Part shown: positions 52,617 to 64,000 of the stretch, piece by piece | Numbering within the stretch: the stretch's first letter is position 1 | Layout of the letters: the number at the start of each line of letters is the position of its first letter | Translations under genes and position numbers: made by a program | The notes under the pieces: model-generated | Databases searched by the model: none | What the model was told of the DNA's origin: nothing | What the model saw: the letters and a program-made list of their open reading frames with translations, nothing else | Source: Mobula birostris | Taxonomy: Eukaryota | Assembly: GCF_030028105.1 (NCBI RefSeq) | Contig: NC_092378.1 | Location: 22,934,715 to 22,998,714 of the forward strand | DNA length: 64,000 bases | Direction: 5' to 3'

Positions 52617-54400
52617 TGCAACAAATACTGTTTGATTTACAGGGGAACATTGGAGTATCATTTTTGATTGGGGAAAAAAACTACAGCAGCCTTAGTATGC
52701 TGGTAAAGGAGGGGATGGAATTTACACCTGTGATTGAAGTACTGATAAGTATGATTGCTTTGAATTAGTTGATGTAAAGTTTCTCGTGTTCATGCAACTG
52801 CACATATCCAGGCAAGTGGAAAGCATTCTATAACATTCCTGATTCAAGCCTTATAGCTGGTGAAATACCTTTGGAGAATTAGGCAGTAACAAACTCACTG
52901 CTGAGTACACAGACTTTGACTGGTTTAATTGCAAAAAATTTAGATGGCTGATTCAATATGGATTAGGTATTTTGAGTTGAAGCAAAACTAGAGTTTGTTG
53001 TGCAGGGACAAACTCAGGATGCAATGAATATTAAGCGCTCCTCAATTTTTGTTTTGAAATTGCGAATAGGTGATTCTTTAATTAGGGTAACTTTTCTGTC
53101 TCTGGGATTGATTTTCAAGAAAAAATTGCTTTTAAAATAGTTTAGTAATAATAGACCTAAACTTTTTTCAGTATTCTTCCTAAATAATATTTTCTTAATT
53201 TTTAAATGAATTAAAAACTTGAATATGCAAGAATTTCACTATTTTGGGCTTGTTTCCTATCCAGGCTTTGTAACTTTGTCTTCAAAATAAAGTAATAATA
53301 AGTATTAAAATGATCAAACTTTTAGTTTTTTTTCACACAAGAACTTTTAAACACATGTTAAAATCATGTGGGTTACTTTTTATACAACTTGTACATTTTT
53401 TATGACAAGGAACCACTATCCGCAACACTTCAGTCATTACCAACACACAACAGGTTTCAGAGATCAGTCAAGTTTTTTCAAACAACTGCTTATGTGGTTG
53501 CCATGGAAATGAGAATTGTGCTGTCCTGGCAGAAGGCTGACATTTTGATGTCCAGAAATGTGAGTAATTTAAAGATTTATACCTCCTGATCTGAGAGTAC
53601 GTTTATTACGTGTCATTACCAAATGAGTCATTATTTGAGTGCTTTAACTGAGAAATAAATAACTTCACTTTATTTCTGTATATTTAAATTATGTTTACAA
53701 GCTAGCAATCCAGTTAAGTTAGCAAGTGTGAGGCTGAGCCCCCTTCTTCTTTAATAAGTGAAAAATGTCATTACCATCTCATGTCTTCACCATCACAAAG
53801 CTGACAAGATGGCCCCGAAATCATCAGCAGACCAATCAAAAAAAATACAGTGACACAATTAAAACAGATCTGGTGAAGTATCAGCAGTACATTGGAAAGA
53901 GAAAGAAAAAGATACAAAAAGAGAAGGGAGACGAGAAAACTTTAAAATCTTCTCACAATTACCAAAGGGCAAACAGAGACTGAAGAGATGACAGTGGAGA
54001 GCTAATTAAAGAAACAAAATGGCTGCTGAAAGATAGGCCGTACAAAGTCTTATAGCGGAGAATATCCCGCCTGAATCTCAGTAGGCCAGCAACGAGAATA
54101 ACCTTCATCTTCCTGAGGCTTCACCTGTGACTATAAGAAGGTGCTTTAAATTTTAACTGCTGCTTTTTTCAGAGTTGTTGAGATTTCTGATAATGTTTCA
54201 TATGTCTTACTGATAAAAACAAGTATGTAGAGGGTTGAGTAAATGTTTTGTCAGTGTTAAAAAAGAGTTCTCTCTTATGGACAGTTAAAAATAATGATCT
54301 CTATAATCTGTATGAAATTTGAATTACTGCTTATTCCAGAGTTGAGGAGGGTTAGGCAGATGTTTTGTAAGCATTATTATTTTTTAACAAGCCTAGTTTA

Positions 54401-54595
54401 TACACACAGAATGCTGGAGGATCTCAGCAGGCCAGGCGCATTTATGGAAAAGAGTCAACCTGTCCTGATGAAGGGTCTCGGCCCGAAATGGCAACTTTAC
54501 TCTTTTCCATTGATGCTGCCTGGCCTGTTGAGTTCTTCCAGTATTTTTTATTACATTGATTTCCAGCATCTGCAGATTTTCTCTTGTTTGTGAAT
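54401..54595. mobile_element. Short Penelope-like fold-back insertion upstream of SAMTOR
   Basis: TSD gcctagttta (54391-400, 54596-605); inverted pLTR ends; CTGATGA...GAAA core with a decayed cleavage site. Confidence 0.85.
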
Positions 54596-55149
54596 GCCTA
54601 GTTTAGTTGGGCTGTCTATGTTCATGTTTCACGTGGGTGTTTTTAACAAAGTTCTCTGGCTGCTTGCCTTAAAAACTGTGATCTATTATAGAATTTTGAT
54701 AAATAGTGTAGACTGTAAGGATGTGTTTCTAATTGTAAGTGTTGCTTCTTCTAGTTGGACAGATGTTTTATAAGGATTAGTGTTAAATTAAAACCATTGT
54801 TTGTCAATGTCAGAAGTATTTTGTCATCACCAGCAAAGCGAGTATTTTGATGAGAAATGAAGTTTTGTTTAGTAATATTGATCTGAACTCATTTGCTGGA
54901 GTCATGTGCTCTTATACAGAATTTCTCTTAAAGGTGGGTCAATGCCAAGATCTGATCTTCATTCCAGAGCCTAAAATAAAGGTTATAACATAAACACAAA
55001 GTTTCAAGAAATTTCATTTTTCAGAATGTCAAGTCGTCAAAAGTGGCCCTAGTTGAAGAATCACCCTTATACTTCCACAGCAATGAAATGAATTTGACTT
55101 ACTTACAGACACAGGGGAAGAGAGAGAGACAAGACACACTCACACACCC

Positions 55150-55570
55150 AGACGGTGGGCGGGCGGACGAGGGGGAGGGAGGAGGCGGGGCTCTAGTCGA
55201 GCGGATCCGAGTGCTGTCGAACTGAGCCGATCGGCCAGCGGCATGGAGGAGGAGGTTGTCGGTGGGTGCAACGTTCAGGCGGCCGATCGAACGGTGCCTT
55301 CGACACTCATAGGCGGTCAGGCAGCGGCCTCCGAGGGCGACAGGAAACGGGAGCAAGAGAAACTCTCCGGGGTGGTGAAGAATGTCCACAGAAAGCTGCG
55401 CAAGAAATATCGAGAAGGTGAGAAAGGGGGCGGGTAGGCGGGTGAGCCATTGGGGCCCCGCTCGGTAAGCCCGAGGAGCCGGAGCCGGCGCCGGCATCGC
55501 CTGGGGCTCACGGCGGGCAGAGGAGAGGAGCCAGCTGTAACCGGGCCCTTGCCCTCTGCAGCACACCCGG
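55150..55570 (+). promoter_or_regulatory. CpG island and promoter of SAMTOR
   Basis: GC- and CpG-rich island in an AT-rich background; GC boxes gggcgggcgg (about 55157) and ggaggcgggg (55181). Confidence 0.8.
55243..55417 (+). CDS. SAMTOR: SAMTOR (BMT2/C7orf60), coding exon 1; remaining exons not found in the window
   Basis: ...[25 protein letters not shown] matches the remembered human [25 protein letters not shown]; phase-1 donor AAG|GTGAG at 55417/18; good Kozak context (GGCATGG). Confidence 0.9.
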
Positions 55571-57072
55571 CTGTGTTTATATCTTTACTTCTTGCTGCAG
55601 TTCTATTATGTCGCCGCTCTCCAATCCTGTCTCTATTAAAACACTGCTGATGTGATTGTTTTGAAGAAATCGCAACTTTTTGCAAGCGATTTATTTTAAT
55701 ATACTTGACCATCTTTACACCTTTCAATTTACTTTCCCAGTAAACATTTTCACAGCGTAGCACCGATACAAAAGACCTTTGTTATATCGGCAATACATTT
55801 ATACTGTAAGTTTTTGAAATACTTATATTCAAGTAGTGTGTAAATCATTTATCTTTGTCATTGTCTTTGACTTTACGGCTAGGAATAATTGAACATTAAT
55901 CGGCAAAAAAAAATCTTACAGTCTTGGGGATTTGTTATGGTGAGGTCTGGAAATGAATGCTCCCCCCTGCTTAATCTTCCAGCAAAGTGGAATATGTGGG
56001 TGGGGGGAGACTGAAGGAAAAATACTTTTTATAAGACGGGAATTGGTAATTTAGGTAAAAAAGAATGCACAGAGAAGGTGAGGCGTATCAGCGACTTCAG
56101 ATGTTTTTGATCCTTTATGACTTCCAGGGTATCCCTGTAGAATGTGTGTGAGCTGTGCTTCAAACTGAAGCATCTTGAGCATATTTGTGTTGTTTGCTTT
56201 ACATAAGCAGTTTTACGAGACCTTCTGAGGTTAGTGATTCAGTAGCTATGTGTTTTCTTTTAAACATCAAAACATAAACTGCATGTAGATGTGTAATATA
56301 TACACAGTATACCGTTTTTGTTTCCAATGTTGAAATAGAATACTGTTGTATTCATATTGCAATAAATACTGCTGCTTGGGATGTTGATTTTTTACATTTT
56401 TTAATAATTGTGTAAGTTGTCAACCTCACAATAGATATATCTGCAATATCATGGAATTGTCTCAGAACAGAAGACCCTTTGAATTGCTTATCAAATCTCT
56501 GCTATATATTAGTAATATCCCAATGCAGCAATATTTCCCAAGCAAAGCAGTGGTCAAGAGTTTGTAGCTTGTGAAAAACTGACAGATTGTTGTTTACCAC
56601 AGCAGAATGTGGTGAAAATGGGAGACATTCTCCCCAACATCAAGACTTGGGATTTTTTGCAGTGGAAACTTCTTTTTTTCCCCACATTAGGTGACAGTTC
56701 ATTGGGATACCAGAGCCCAGTAATGATGGGGGTCATCAGTTTGGCTTTGTGTCCAATTGCTTTAAACAAATTCTCATCGGTAGAATGTCAAGAGTGCTAA
56801 ATAGTTTTGGAATTTGCCGATCCGATGTGACTCAAATAGCTGAAGTGCCATAAGGTTATTAAATAACTTTTAAATTTAGTTTGAAGTATTTACATAAAGA
56901 AACTGCACAAAAGGCAAAGGTTTAAGTCGAAGTTTTTTTGAGCCTGTGGTTTCATATGACATGGAATTGTCACCAGAGCACTTGGGCTGCTCTGACCAAT
57001 GGATTGTTCGGTTTAAGTGCCTAATGCCTAATGCCAAATGCCAGATCCCTGAAAGAAGCACTGGTCTTGGCT

Positions 57073-57150
57073 CAGGGTTTCCCAACCTGGGGTCCACAGG
57101 CCCCTTGCTTAATGGTATTGGTCCTTGGCATAAAAAAGTTGGGAGCACAG
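57073..57150. mobile_element. Small hAT-type MITE
   Basis: Ends cagggtttcccaacc / agttgggagcacag resemble the TIRs of the larger hAT copies. Confidence 0.5.
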
Positions 57151-57837
57151 AAAACATATTTCAAGATTCAAGGGTATTTTTGAAGTTCCCTTGAAAACAT
57201 TGCATATCTTTTCTATCTGATGGAAATCCTAAACCATGACTCCTCAGAATGGAGGAGGAGCTTCCAGGCGTTCAGATATCTGTGAACCTATGTACAGTGC
57301 AAACTGAACAATGCACAGTATCACAAATAATCAACACATCTTTCCTGTCATGCATTGCCTGCTCCATCTTTGGAAAAGTCTGTGCATCCTTTAGTAGGAC
57401 TTCTAAATCACCTCAAAAGCAAGTGCAAATAACCTAATGGATTGGCTAAGAAGTAGATGCAATGAAAAGTTAATTTAGACTGCTAAACTAGCTGCAAAAC
57501 TTGCAAGACTTAAGAAGGGACTAGTTTATAAAGAACTTAAATATACACCAGTCTAGTGATTTCTGTTGATTGCAGGGTAGCAAAATTAAATATTGAATCC
57601 TAGGTGTATAGTTTATCCCTGCCAGCAACCTCTGAATTTCTGTGATGTTAAGTTACTCCAAAATTGTAGTCAGTTTCAGGGAACAATGATGGTGAATGTT
57701 GATAATTGCACCATTAATACAAAGCCAAGGCCAATAATACTGTAACAAGTTATATAGCACAGAATAATAGCAATTGACCAGAATCAGAATAACCTAGTAA
57801 AAAAAAAGTGCTTTTTAATTATTGACTTTGTTTTTAG

Positions 57838-59165
57838 GGATCATTCTAGAGTGTAGGAGAATGAGGGGAGATTTGATAAGAGGTATGTAATATTTAGAGG
57901 GGTATAGATAGCATAAATGCAAGCAGACTTTTTCCACTGAGGGTGGTTGAGACTAGAACTGGAGGTCATGGATTAAGGGTGAAAGGTGAAATGTTTAATC
58001 ATATAACCGTATAACAATTACAGCACTGAAACAGGCCATCTCGGCCCTTCTAGTCTGTGCCAAACTCTTACTCTCACCTAGTCCCACTGACTTGCACTCA
58101 GCGCATAACCATCCATTCATTTCCTGTCCATATAGCTATCGAATTTAACTTTAAATGACAACATCGAACCTGCCTCAACCACTTCTGCTGGAAGCTCGTT
58201 CCACACAGCTACCACTCTCTGAGTAAAGAAGTTCCCCCTCATGCCCTTTTTTTGCCCTTTAACTCTCAACTCATGTCCTTTTGTTTGAATCTCACCCATT
58301 CTCAATGGAAAAAGCCTATCCACGTCAACTCTATCACTCCCCCTCGTAATTTTAAATACCTTTATTAAGTCCCCCCTCAACTTTCTATGCTCTAAAGAAT
58401 AAAGACCCAACTTGTTCAACCTTTCTCTGTAACTTAGGTGATGAAACCCAGGTAACATTCTAGTAAATCTTCTCTGTGCTCTCTCAATTTTGTTGACATC
58501 TTTCCTATAATTCGGTGACCAGAACTGTACACAATACTCCAAATTTGGCCTTACCAATGCCTTGTACAATTTCAACATTCCATCCCAACTCCTATACTCA
58601 ATGCTCTGATTTATAAAGGCCAGCATACCAAAAGCTTTCTTCACCATCCTATCCACATGAGATTCCACCTTCAGGGAACTATGCACCATTATTCCTAGAT
58701 CCCTCTGTTCTGCATTCTTCAATGCCCTACCAAAATGTAGCACCTCACATTTATCAGCATTAAACTCTATCTGCCATCTTTCAGCCCACTCTTCTAACGG
58801 GACTAAATCTCTCTGCAAGCTTTGAAAACCTACTTCGTTATCCACAGCTCCAGCTATCTTAGTATCATCTGCATATTTACTAATCCAATTTACCACCCTC
58901 TCATCCAGATCATTAATATGTATGACATACAACATTATCCACCAGGGATAAGGAGTTTAAGGGGAACATGAGAGAGAACTTATTCACTCAGAGGGTGGTG
59001 AGAGTGTGGAACAAGCTGCCAGTGGAAGTGGTTGATGTGGGTTTCATTTCATCATTTAAGAGAAGGTTAGATAAGTATAGGCAGGACTAAGCAGAGTAGT
59101 AGTTTGGTATGGTCCAGATGGGCTGAAGGGCCTGTTTCTGTGCTGTAGTACTCGATGACTCTATG
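57838..59165 (+). mobile_element. CR1 3' end interrupted by a second CR1
   Basis: SLECRRMRGDL...TRTGGHGLRVKGE is broken at about 57997 and resumes at about 58953. Confidence 0.8.
57998..58940 (-). mobile_element. Young CR1 LINE 3' part (RT C-terminus)
   Basis: ORF 58117-58935 with KYADDTK, WQIEFNADKC and LVRPNLEYCVQFWSP; (GTTATATG)-like tail. Confidence 0.92.
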
Positions 59166-59451
59166 GGTTATTTAATTTTCTATAAAATTAGAGCCTTCAA
59201 AAATTTATATATTACTCTAGTGATCACTTAATCTTGCTAACAATACAGAAGATTTGACTACTGACGTCTCTTTAGCCAAATGTTTTGAGGCATAATTTGT
59301 TACCCTATTAGATCTGTAACATGTTTGTCTTGAGTTTACGGAAGTAGAATTGTGTTGCTGTTAAGTAAACAACTTAGGTTGGTGTTGGTGTCTCACACTG
59401 TAGCGTCAAAGGAGAAGTTCCTTGGTGTCAGCTGTGGTTCCTGTTGTGTCT

Positions 59452-59975
59452 TAAAGTTCAAAGTAAGTTTATTATCCAAGTACACATATGTCACCCTGAG
59501 ATTCATTTTCTTGTGGGCATACACAGTAAGTACAAAGGAACACAATAGAATCAATGAAGGACAGCACCCAAATAGGACGGACAAACAACCAATGTGCAAA
59601 AGACAACAAACTGTGTAAGTATGAGGGCGAGAGAGGAAAAAAATAGTAATAAATAATTAAACAAACAATAAATCCTGAACGTGAGATAAAGAGTCCTTGA
59701 AAGTAAGTCCATAGTTTATGGAAACAGTTCAGTGTTGAGTTAAGTGAAGCTGAGTGAAGTTATTCCCTTCTGGTTCAAGAGCCTGATGGTTGAGAGGTAA
59801 TAACTGTTCCTGACCCTGGTGGTGCAGGTTCTGAGGCTCCTGTACCTTCTTCCTGATGGCAGCAGTGAGAAGAGAGCATGGTCTGGGTGGTGGGGCTCTT
59901 GACAGTAGGTGCTGTTTTCCTGTGATTGCGCTCTGTGTAGATGTGCTCAGTTGTGGGGAAGGCTTTGCCCTTTGT
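59452..59975 (-). mobile_element. L2/Rex1-type LINE 3' fragment
   Basis: Reverse complement of the family at 15.1 and 47.8 kb, including its tail. Confidence 0.78.
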
Positions 59976-60019
59976 GGTCTTAACCTCATATATATTTAAG
60001 AGCATGAGGAGAAACTGGC

Positions 60020-60335
60020 TGATCCTTCACTGTTGTATTAAAGAAATCACTGTTTCAGATTAGATATTAAACCAATTCCCCATCTCCCCTTTCTGGCAGA
60101 TGTGAAAAATTCCACGCCAAATTTGAAAGTTACCCCAGAGTCTCATCATTATTTATCGTACAACCACACAAAAGTAAAATAGATTATTTAATCATTATTA
60201 CGTTGCTATCTGTGAATGCTTGCTCTGTGCAAATTAACTACTGTGTTTCCTTTATTGAAACAATGAATGCACTTCAGAAATACTTGGCTGAAAACTGTCT
60301 TTGGAACATCTTGGGACAGGGGATGGTGCAAGTGT
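60020..60335 (+). mobile_element. Ancient Deu-domain SINE (SacSINE1/AmnSINE1-like)
   Basis: ttgctatctgtgaatgcttgctctgtgcaaatt...gcacttcagaaatacttggctg...ctttggaacatc resembles the remembered Deu-SINE 3' region. Confidence 0.6.
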
Positions 60336-61469
60336 TTTGTTGAATGGAATTAAAGTAAGTGTGGTTTATAGAATCATATAGTACCAAAGGAAGTTCTTAG
60401 GCCCATTATGTCTTGCAGTTATTTGAAAGACTTATCCCTTCCCATTGCTCTACAGTTTTCTTCATGCTTTTATCCAGTTTGCTTTGAAATTTACTATTAA
60501 ATTTAAATCTGCTTTAATACACTCCAGGGACTGTAAACGTCATAGAAGTCACTTAATAAATTTTACTACTCATGTATAAAAGATAATGAGTTTTAAATCT
60601 CTCATTAAGACTTCTCCATTCACTGTCATTAAGATTCTTCTGCAGATAAAGAATTTTTATAAGTGTTGTAAATCTGAATAGAAAATGCTGAAAATACGTC
60701 AGTCTGATCCTCAATAAAAAAAATTTGATCCTGTGAAAGTGTTACGTGTATATTTTGTTTGTGAATAACTCTAATTCATATAAGAATAGATCTGATCAAC
60801 GCTGCTAGACAAAAAACACACTTTTGGGTAAGTTAATTGGAATGACTTGGATTTTTTCCAATATACAGTACTTTCCTGTGAAATGCTGTGTAAGCAGATA
60901 ATGTTTCTCATGAACTAATACCACCTCCCTTTCACTTACTTCCAAACTGAATTAACATATAATAATAGTTGAAAGATTTACTTGACAAAACAATTATAAC
61001 AGCCATGAAAGGTACTCACTACCACTCTTGCAACCTTTAAAGACTCACAAACAACATTTTGTTTTGGTAATTGGTTTACTAATGTACCATTTACCAAGAT
61101 GCAGTGAAAAGCTTTTAACTGCATGCCTTTCAAACAGAATATTCAAAACACTAGTATGTTGAGGTGGTACATCAGGCATTAAAAACAACACAGGATTTAC
61201 ATTTAGAATTATAGAGAAAGTGCAGTGGAGGACGATCCAGAACTAGATTGAGAGATCAAGCATTTATTTTGTAAGGTGCATGTAAAAATGTTAAAACAGC
61301 GGGCTAGAAGCTGACCCTGAGCCTGGTGATAAGCGTTCTCAAGTTTTTGTATCTTCTGCTTGATGAATGGGGTGGGGGTGGAGAAGAGAAAATGACTGGC
61401 ATATTAATCCCTTGGAACTTAAAAACTCTCAACAATCTCCATCTTGGCGTCATTGATACCTGGGGTCCT

Positions 61470-62362
61470 CATTGGAGGATCAACAACTTTTAAGTTCCTT
61501 GGTGTTATTATTTCAGAGGACTTGTTCTGGGCCCAGCACATAAGTACAATAATGAAGAAAGCATGGCTGCACCTCTACTACTTCAGGAGTTTATGAAGAT
61601 TCAGCATTACATCTGAAACTTTGACAAACCTCTGTAGACATGGGGTAGAGAGTATATTGATTGGCTGCATCAATCAATGCCTGGTATGGAAACCCCAATG
61701 CCCTTGAATGGAAAATGCTACAGAAAGTAGTGAATACGGCCCAGTCTATCATGGGTAAAGCCCTCCCAACCATTGAGCACACCTACATGGAGCGTTGCTA
61801 CAGGAAAGGAGCATCGATCGGCAGGGACCCCCACCCCCCAGGTCATGCTGTCTTCTTGCTGCTGCCATCAGGAAGGTGGTACAGGTGCCCTAGAACTCAC
61901 TATCAGGTTCTTGAACCAAAGAGGATAATATCACTGCCCCATCACTGAACTGTTCCCACAAACTATGGACTGTAGTCCTGACAGAGGGTCTCAGCTCAAA
62001 ACGTCGACTGTACCTTTTCTTATAAATGCTGCCTGGCCTGCTGCGTTCCACCAGCATTTTGTGTATGTTGCTTGAATTTCCAGCATCTGCGGATTTCCTC
62101 GTGTTTGCGTTTTTAGACTCACTTTCAAAGACTCTTTGTCTCAAGTACGTGATATTTATTTATTGTTTATGATTATTTACTTATTTTTGTATTTGCACAG
62201 TCTTTTGCACACTGGTTGAATGTCCAAATTGGCACAATCTTTCATTGATTCCATTATGGTTATTATTCTATTGATTTATTGAATATGCCCACAAGAAACT
62301 GGATCTCAGAGTTGTACATGGTACTATAGATGTACTTTGATAAATTTACTTTGAACTTTGAT
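61470..62362 (+). mobile_element. L2/Rex1-type LINE 3' part with a nested PLE pLTR (61973-62112)
   Basis: LQKVVNTAQSIMGKALPTIE, LLPSGR and tail actttgaactttga; the PLE piece starts at the hammerhead stem. Confidence 0.85.
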
Positions 62363-63119
62363 ACAGTTGGATGTGTATTCTGCCCAACTTCCTGATGTCA
62401 GTGCCCAGCTGTGGTTTTGCTGACATTGAGGGAGAGATGGTTGTCTTGACACCAGGCCATTAGGCTGTTTATCTCCTTTCAGTACTCTTTCTCATTGTGG
62501 TTTGAGATCTGGCCCAGAACAGTTGTGTTATCTGAAAACTTATAAATGGAGTTAGACCAGAAAGTGTCCATGCAGTTGAAATAGTCATCAGAAAAACAAC
62601 TGCTTGACAAAATCGGCAGATTATGCAACATTTATATAGGGAAATGTACACTCAGAGTTTTGCATTGCGACCCTTCAGCTGTCCATTTCCCACTATAGAT
62701 GCTGCCTGACTTGCTGAATTCTTCCAGCAGTTTATTTATTTTTGCTCCAGTTTCCACCATCTGCAGTCTCATCTTTGAACCACTTTCATTTTCATGAGCC
62801 ACAGAGGCATATCTCATAAGCCACTGTAACTATAGTCAAGGTTATATTTATTTATATGTGTTCTTGTATTGTTTTTCTGTTGTTCATTAAGGTTATCCTC
62901 TTCCTAGATGCAAGACGACAACCTGAATTTTGAACATTACAAATTGCAAGTAATAGGTAGAAGCATAGTTAGAATTGGCTTACTTAAGTTTCGATATTTC
63001 TACAGCATTAAATATTGTGATTCCTGCCAGTCAGTATACTTTGAATTAATGTGCTTGCGGTGTAAAAGTTAGTCAATTGTACAACCATCCCTGTTCTAGT
63101 AATCTTATACAGGGATAAA

Positions 63120-63648
63120 TCTTTTTGGATTCCAGACCTAATCAGTTCCCCTCTACCACCACTCTGCTCCGTCTAGCGGAATTAGTCCTTACTCTTAATA
63201 ATTTCTCCTTTGGCTCCTCCCACTTCCTTCAAACTAAAGGTGTAGCTATGGGCACCCGTATGAGTCCTAGCTATGCCTGCCTTTTTGTTGGCTTTGTGGA
63301 ACAATCTATGTTCCGTGCCCATTCTGGTATCTGTCCCCCACTTTTCCTTCGCTACATCGACGACTGCATTGGCGCTGCTTCCTGCACGCATGCAGAGCTC
63401 ATTGACTTTATTAACTTTGCCTCCAGCTTTCACCCTGCCCTCAAGCTTACCTGGTCCATTTCTGACACCTCCCTTCCCTTTCTAGATCTTTCTGTGTCTG
63501 TCTCTGGAGACAGCTTATCCACTGATGTCTACTATAAGCCTACTGACTCTCACAGCTATCTGGACTATTCCTCTTCTCACCTTGTCTCTTGCAAAAACGC
63601 CATCCCCTTCTCGCAATTCCTCCGTCTCTGCCGCATCTGCTCTCAGGA
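63120..63648 (+). mobile_element. Penelope-like reverse transcriptase fragment
   Basis: NNFSF....FLQTKGVAMGT.MSPSYACLFV, LRYIDD, LPFLDL, TDVYYKPTDSHSYLDYSSSH and IPFSQFLRL.RICS. Confidence 0.93.
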
Positions 63649-64000
63649 AACACACATCAAAGTTGCTGGTGAATGCAGCAGGCCAGGCAGCATCTGTAGG
63701 AAGAGGTGCAGTCGACGTTTCAGGCCGAGACCCTTCGTCAGGACTAACTGAAGGAAGAGTGAGTAAGGGATTTGAAAGTTGGAGGGGGAGGGGGAGATCC
63801 AAAATGATAGGAGAAGACAGGAGGTGGAGGGATGGAGCCAAGAGCTGGACAGGTGATTGGCAAAAGGGGATACGAGAGGATCATGGGACAGGAGGTCCGG
63901 GAAGAAAGACAAGGGGGGGGGGACCCAGAGGATGGGCAAGAGGTATATTCAGAGGGACAGAGGGAGAAAAAGGAGAGTGAGAGAAAGAATGTGTGCATAA
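63649..64000 (-). mobile_element. Penelope-like pLTR arm interrupting the RT fragment (runs off the window)
   Basis: Near-identical to the pLTRs at 32-33 and 43-44 kb; begins at the shortened (...TGTGTGT) terminus. Confidence 0.9.
63710..63745 (-). ncRNA. Minimal type I hammerhead ribozyme motif in PLE pLTR
   Basis: - strand AGUC-CUGACGA-AGGGUCUCGGCCU-GAAA-CG-UC-GACU. Confidence 0.8.

Noticed and set aside
55418-64000. SAMTOR exon 2 (VGDFDKIWREHC...)
   Set aside because: Not found by eye or in the ORF track; presumably beyond the window

Overview
Vertebrate genomic DNA, most likely a cartilaginous fish (inferred from its HE1/V-SINE, Deu-SINE, CR1 and Penelope repeat complement). Two host genes lie on the + strand: the single-coding-exon orphan GPCR GPR85/SREB2 (1074-2201) and coding exon 1 of SAMTOR/BMT2 (55243-55417, in a CpG island), the same order as recalled for human 7q31. 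The rest is mostly nested transposable elements: CR1, Rex1/L2-type and Tx1 LINEs, a complete Gmr1-like Gypsy element (PR-IN-RT-RH order, tRNA-Pro PBS, GTAC TSD), hAT and mariner MITEs, SINEs and about a dozen Penelope-like (PLE) insertions. Most notable: (1) the PLE terminal repeats carry minimal type I hammerhead ribozyme motifs, four with intact cores; (2) five independent PLE insertions share a stereotyped head-to-head fold-back structure with two offset 3' ends and 10-15 bp TSDs; (3) an intronless RBM25 mRNA fragment sits inside a Gypsy element in place of most of pol; (4) a hAT non-autonomous family carries a captured CR1 3' end. All identifications were made by eye and from remembered sequences; no database search or folding was run.
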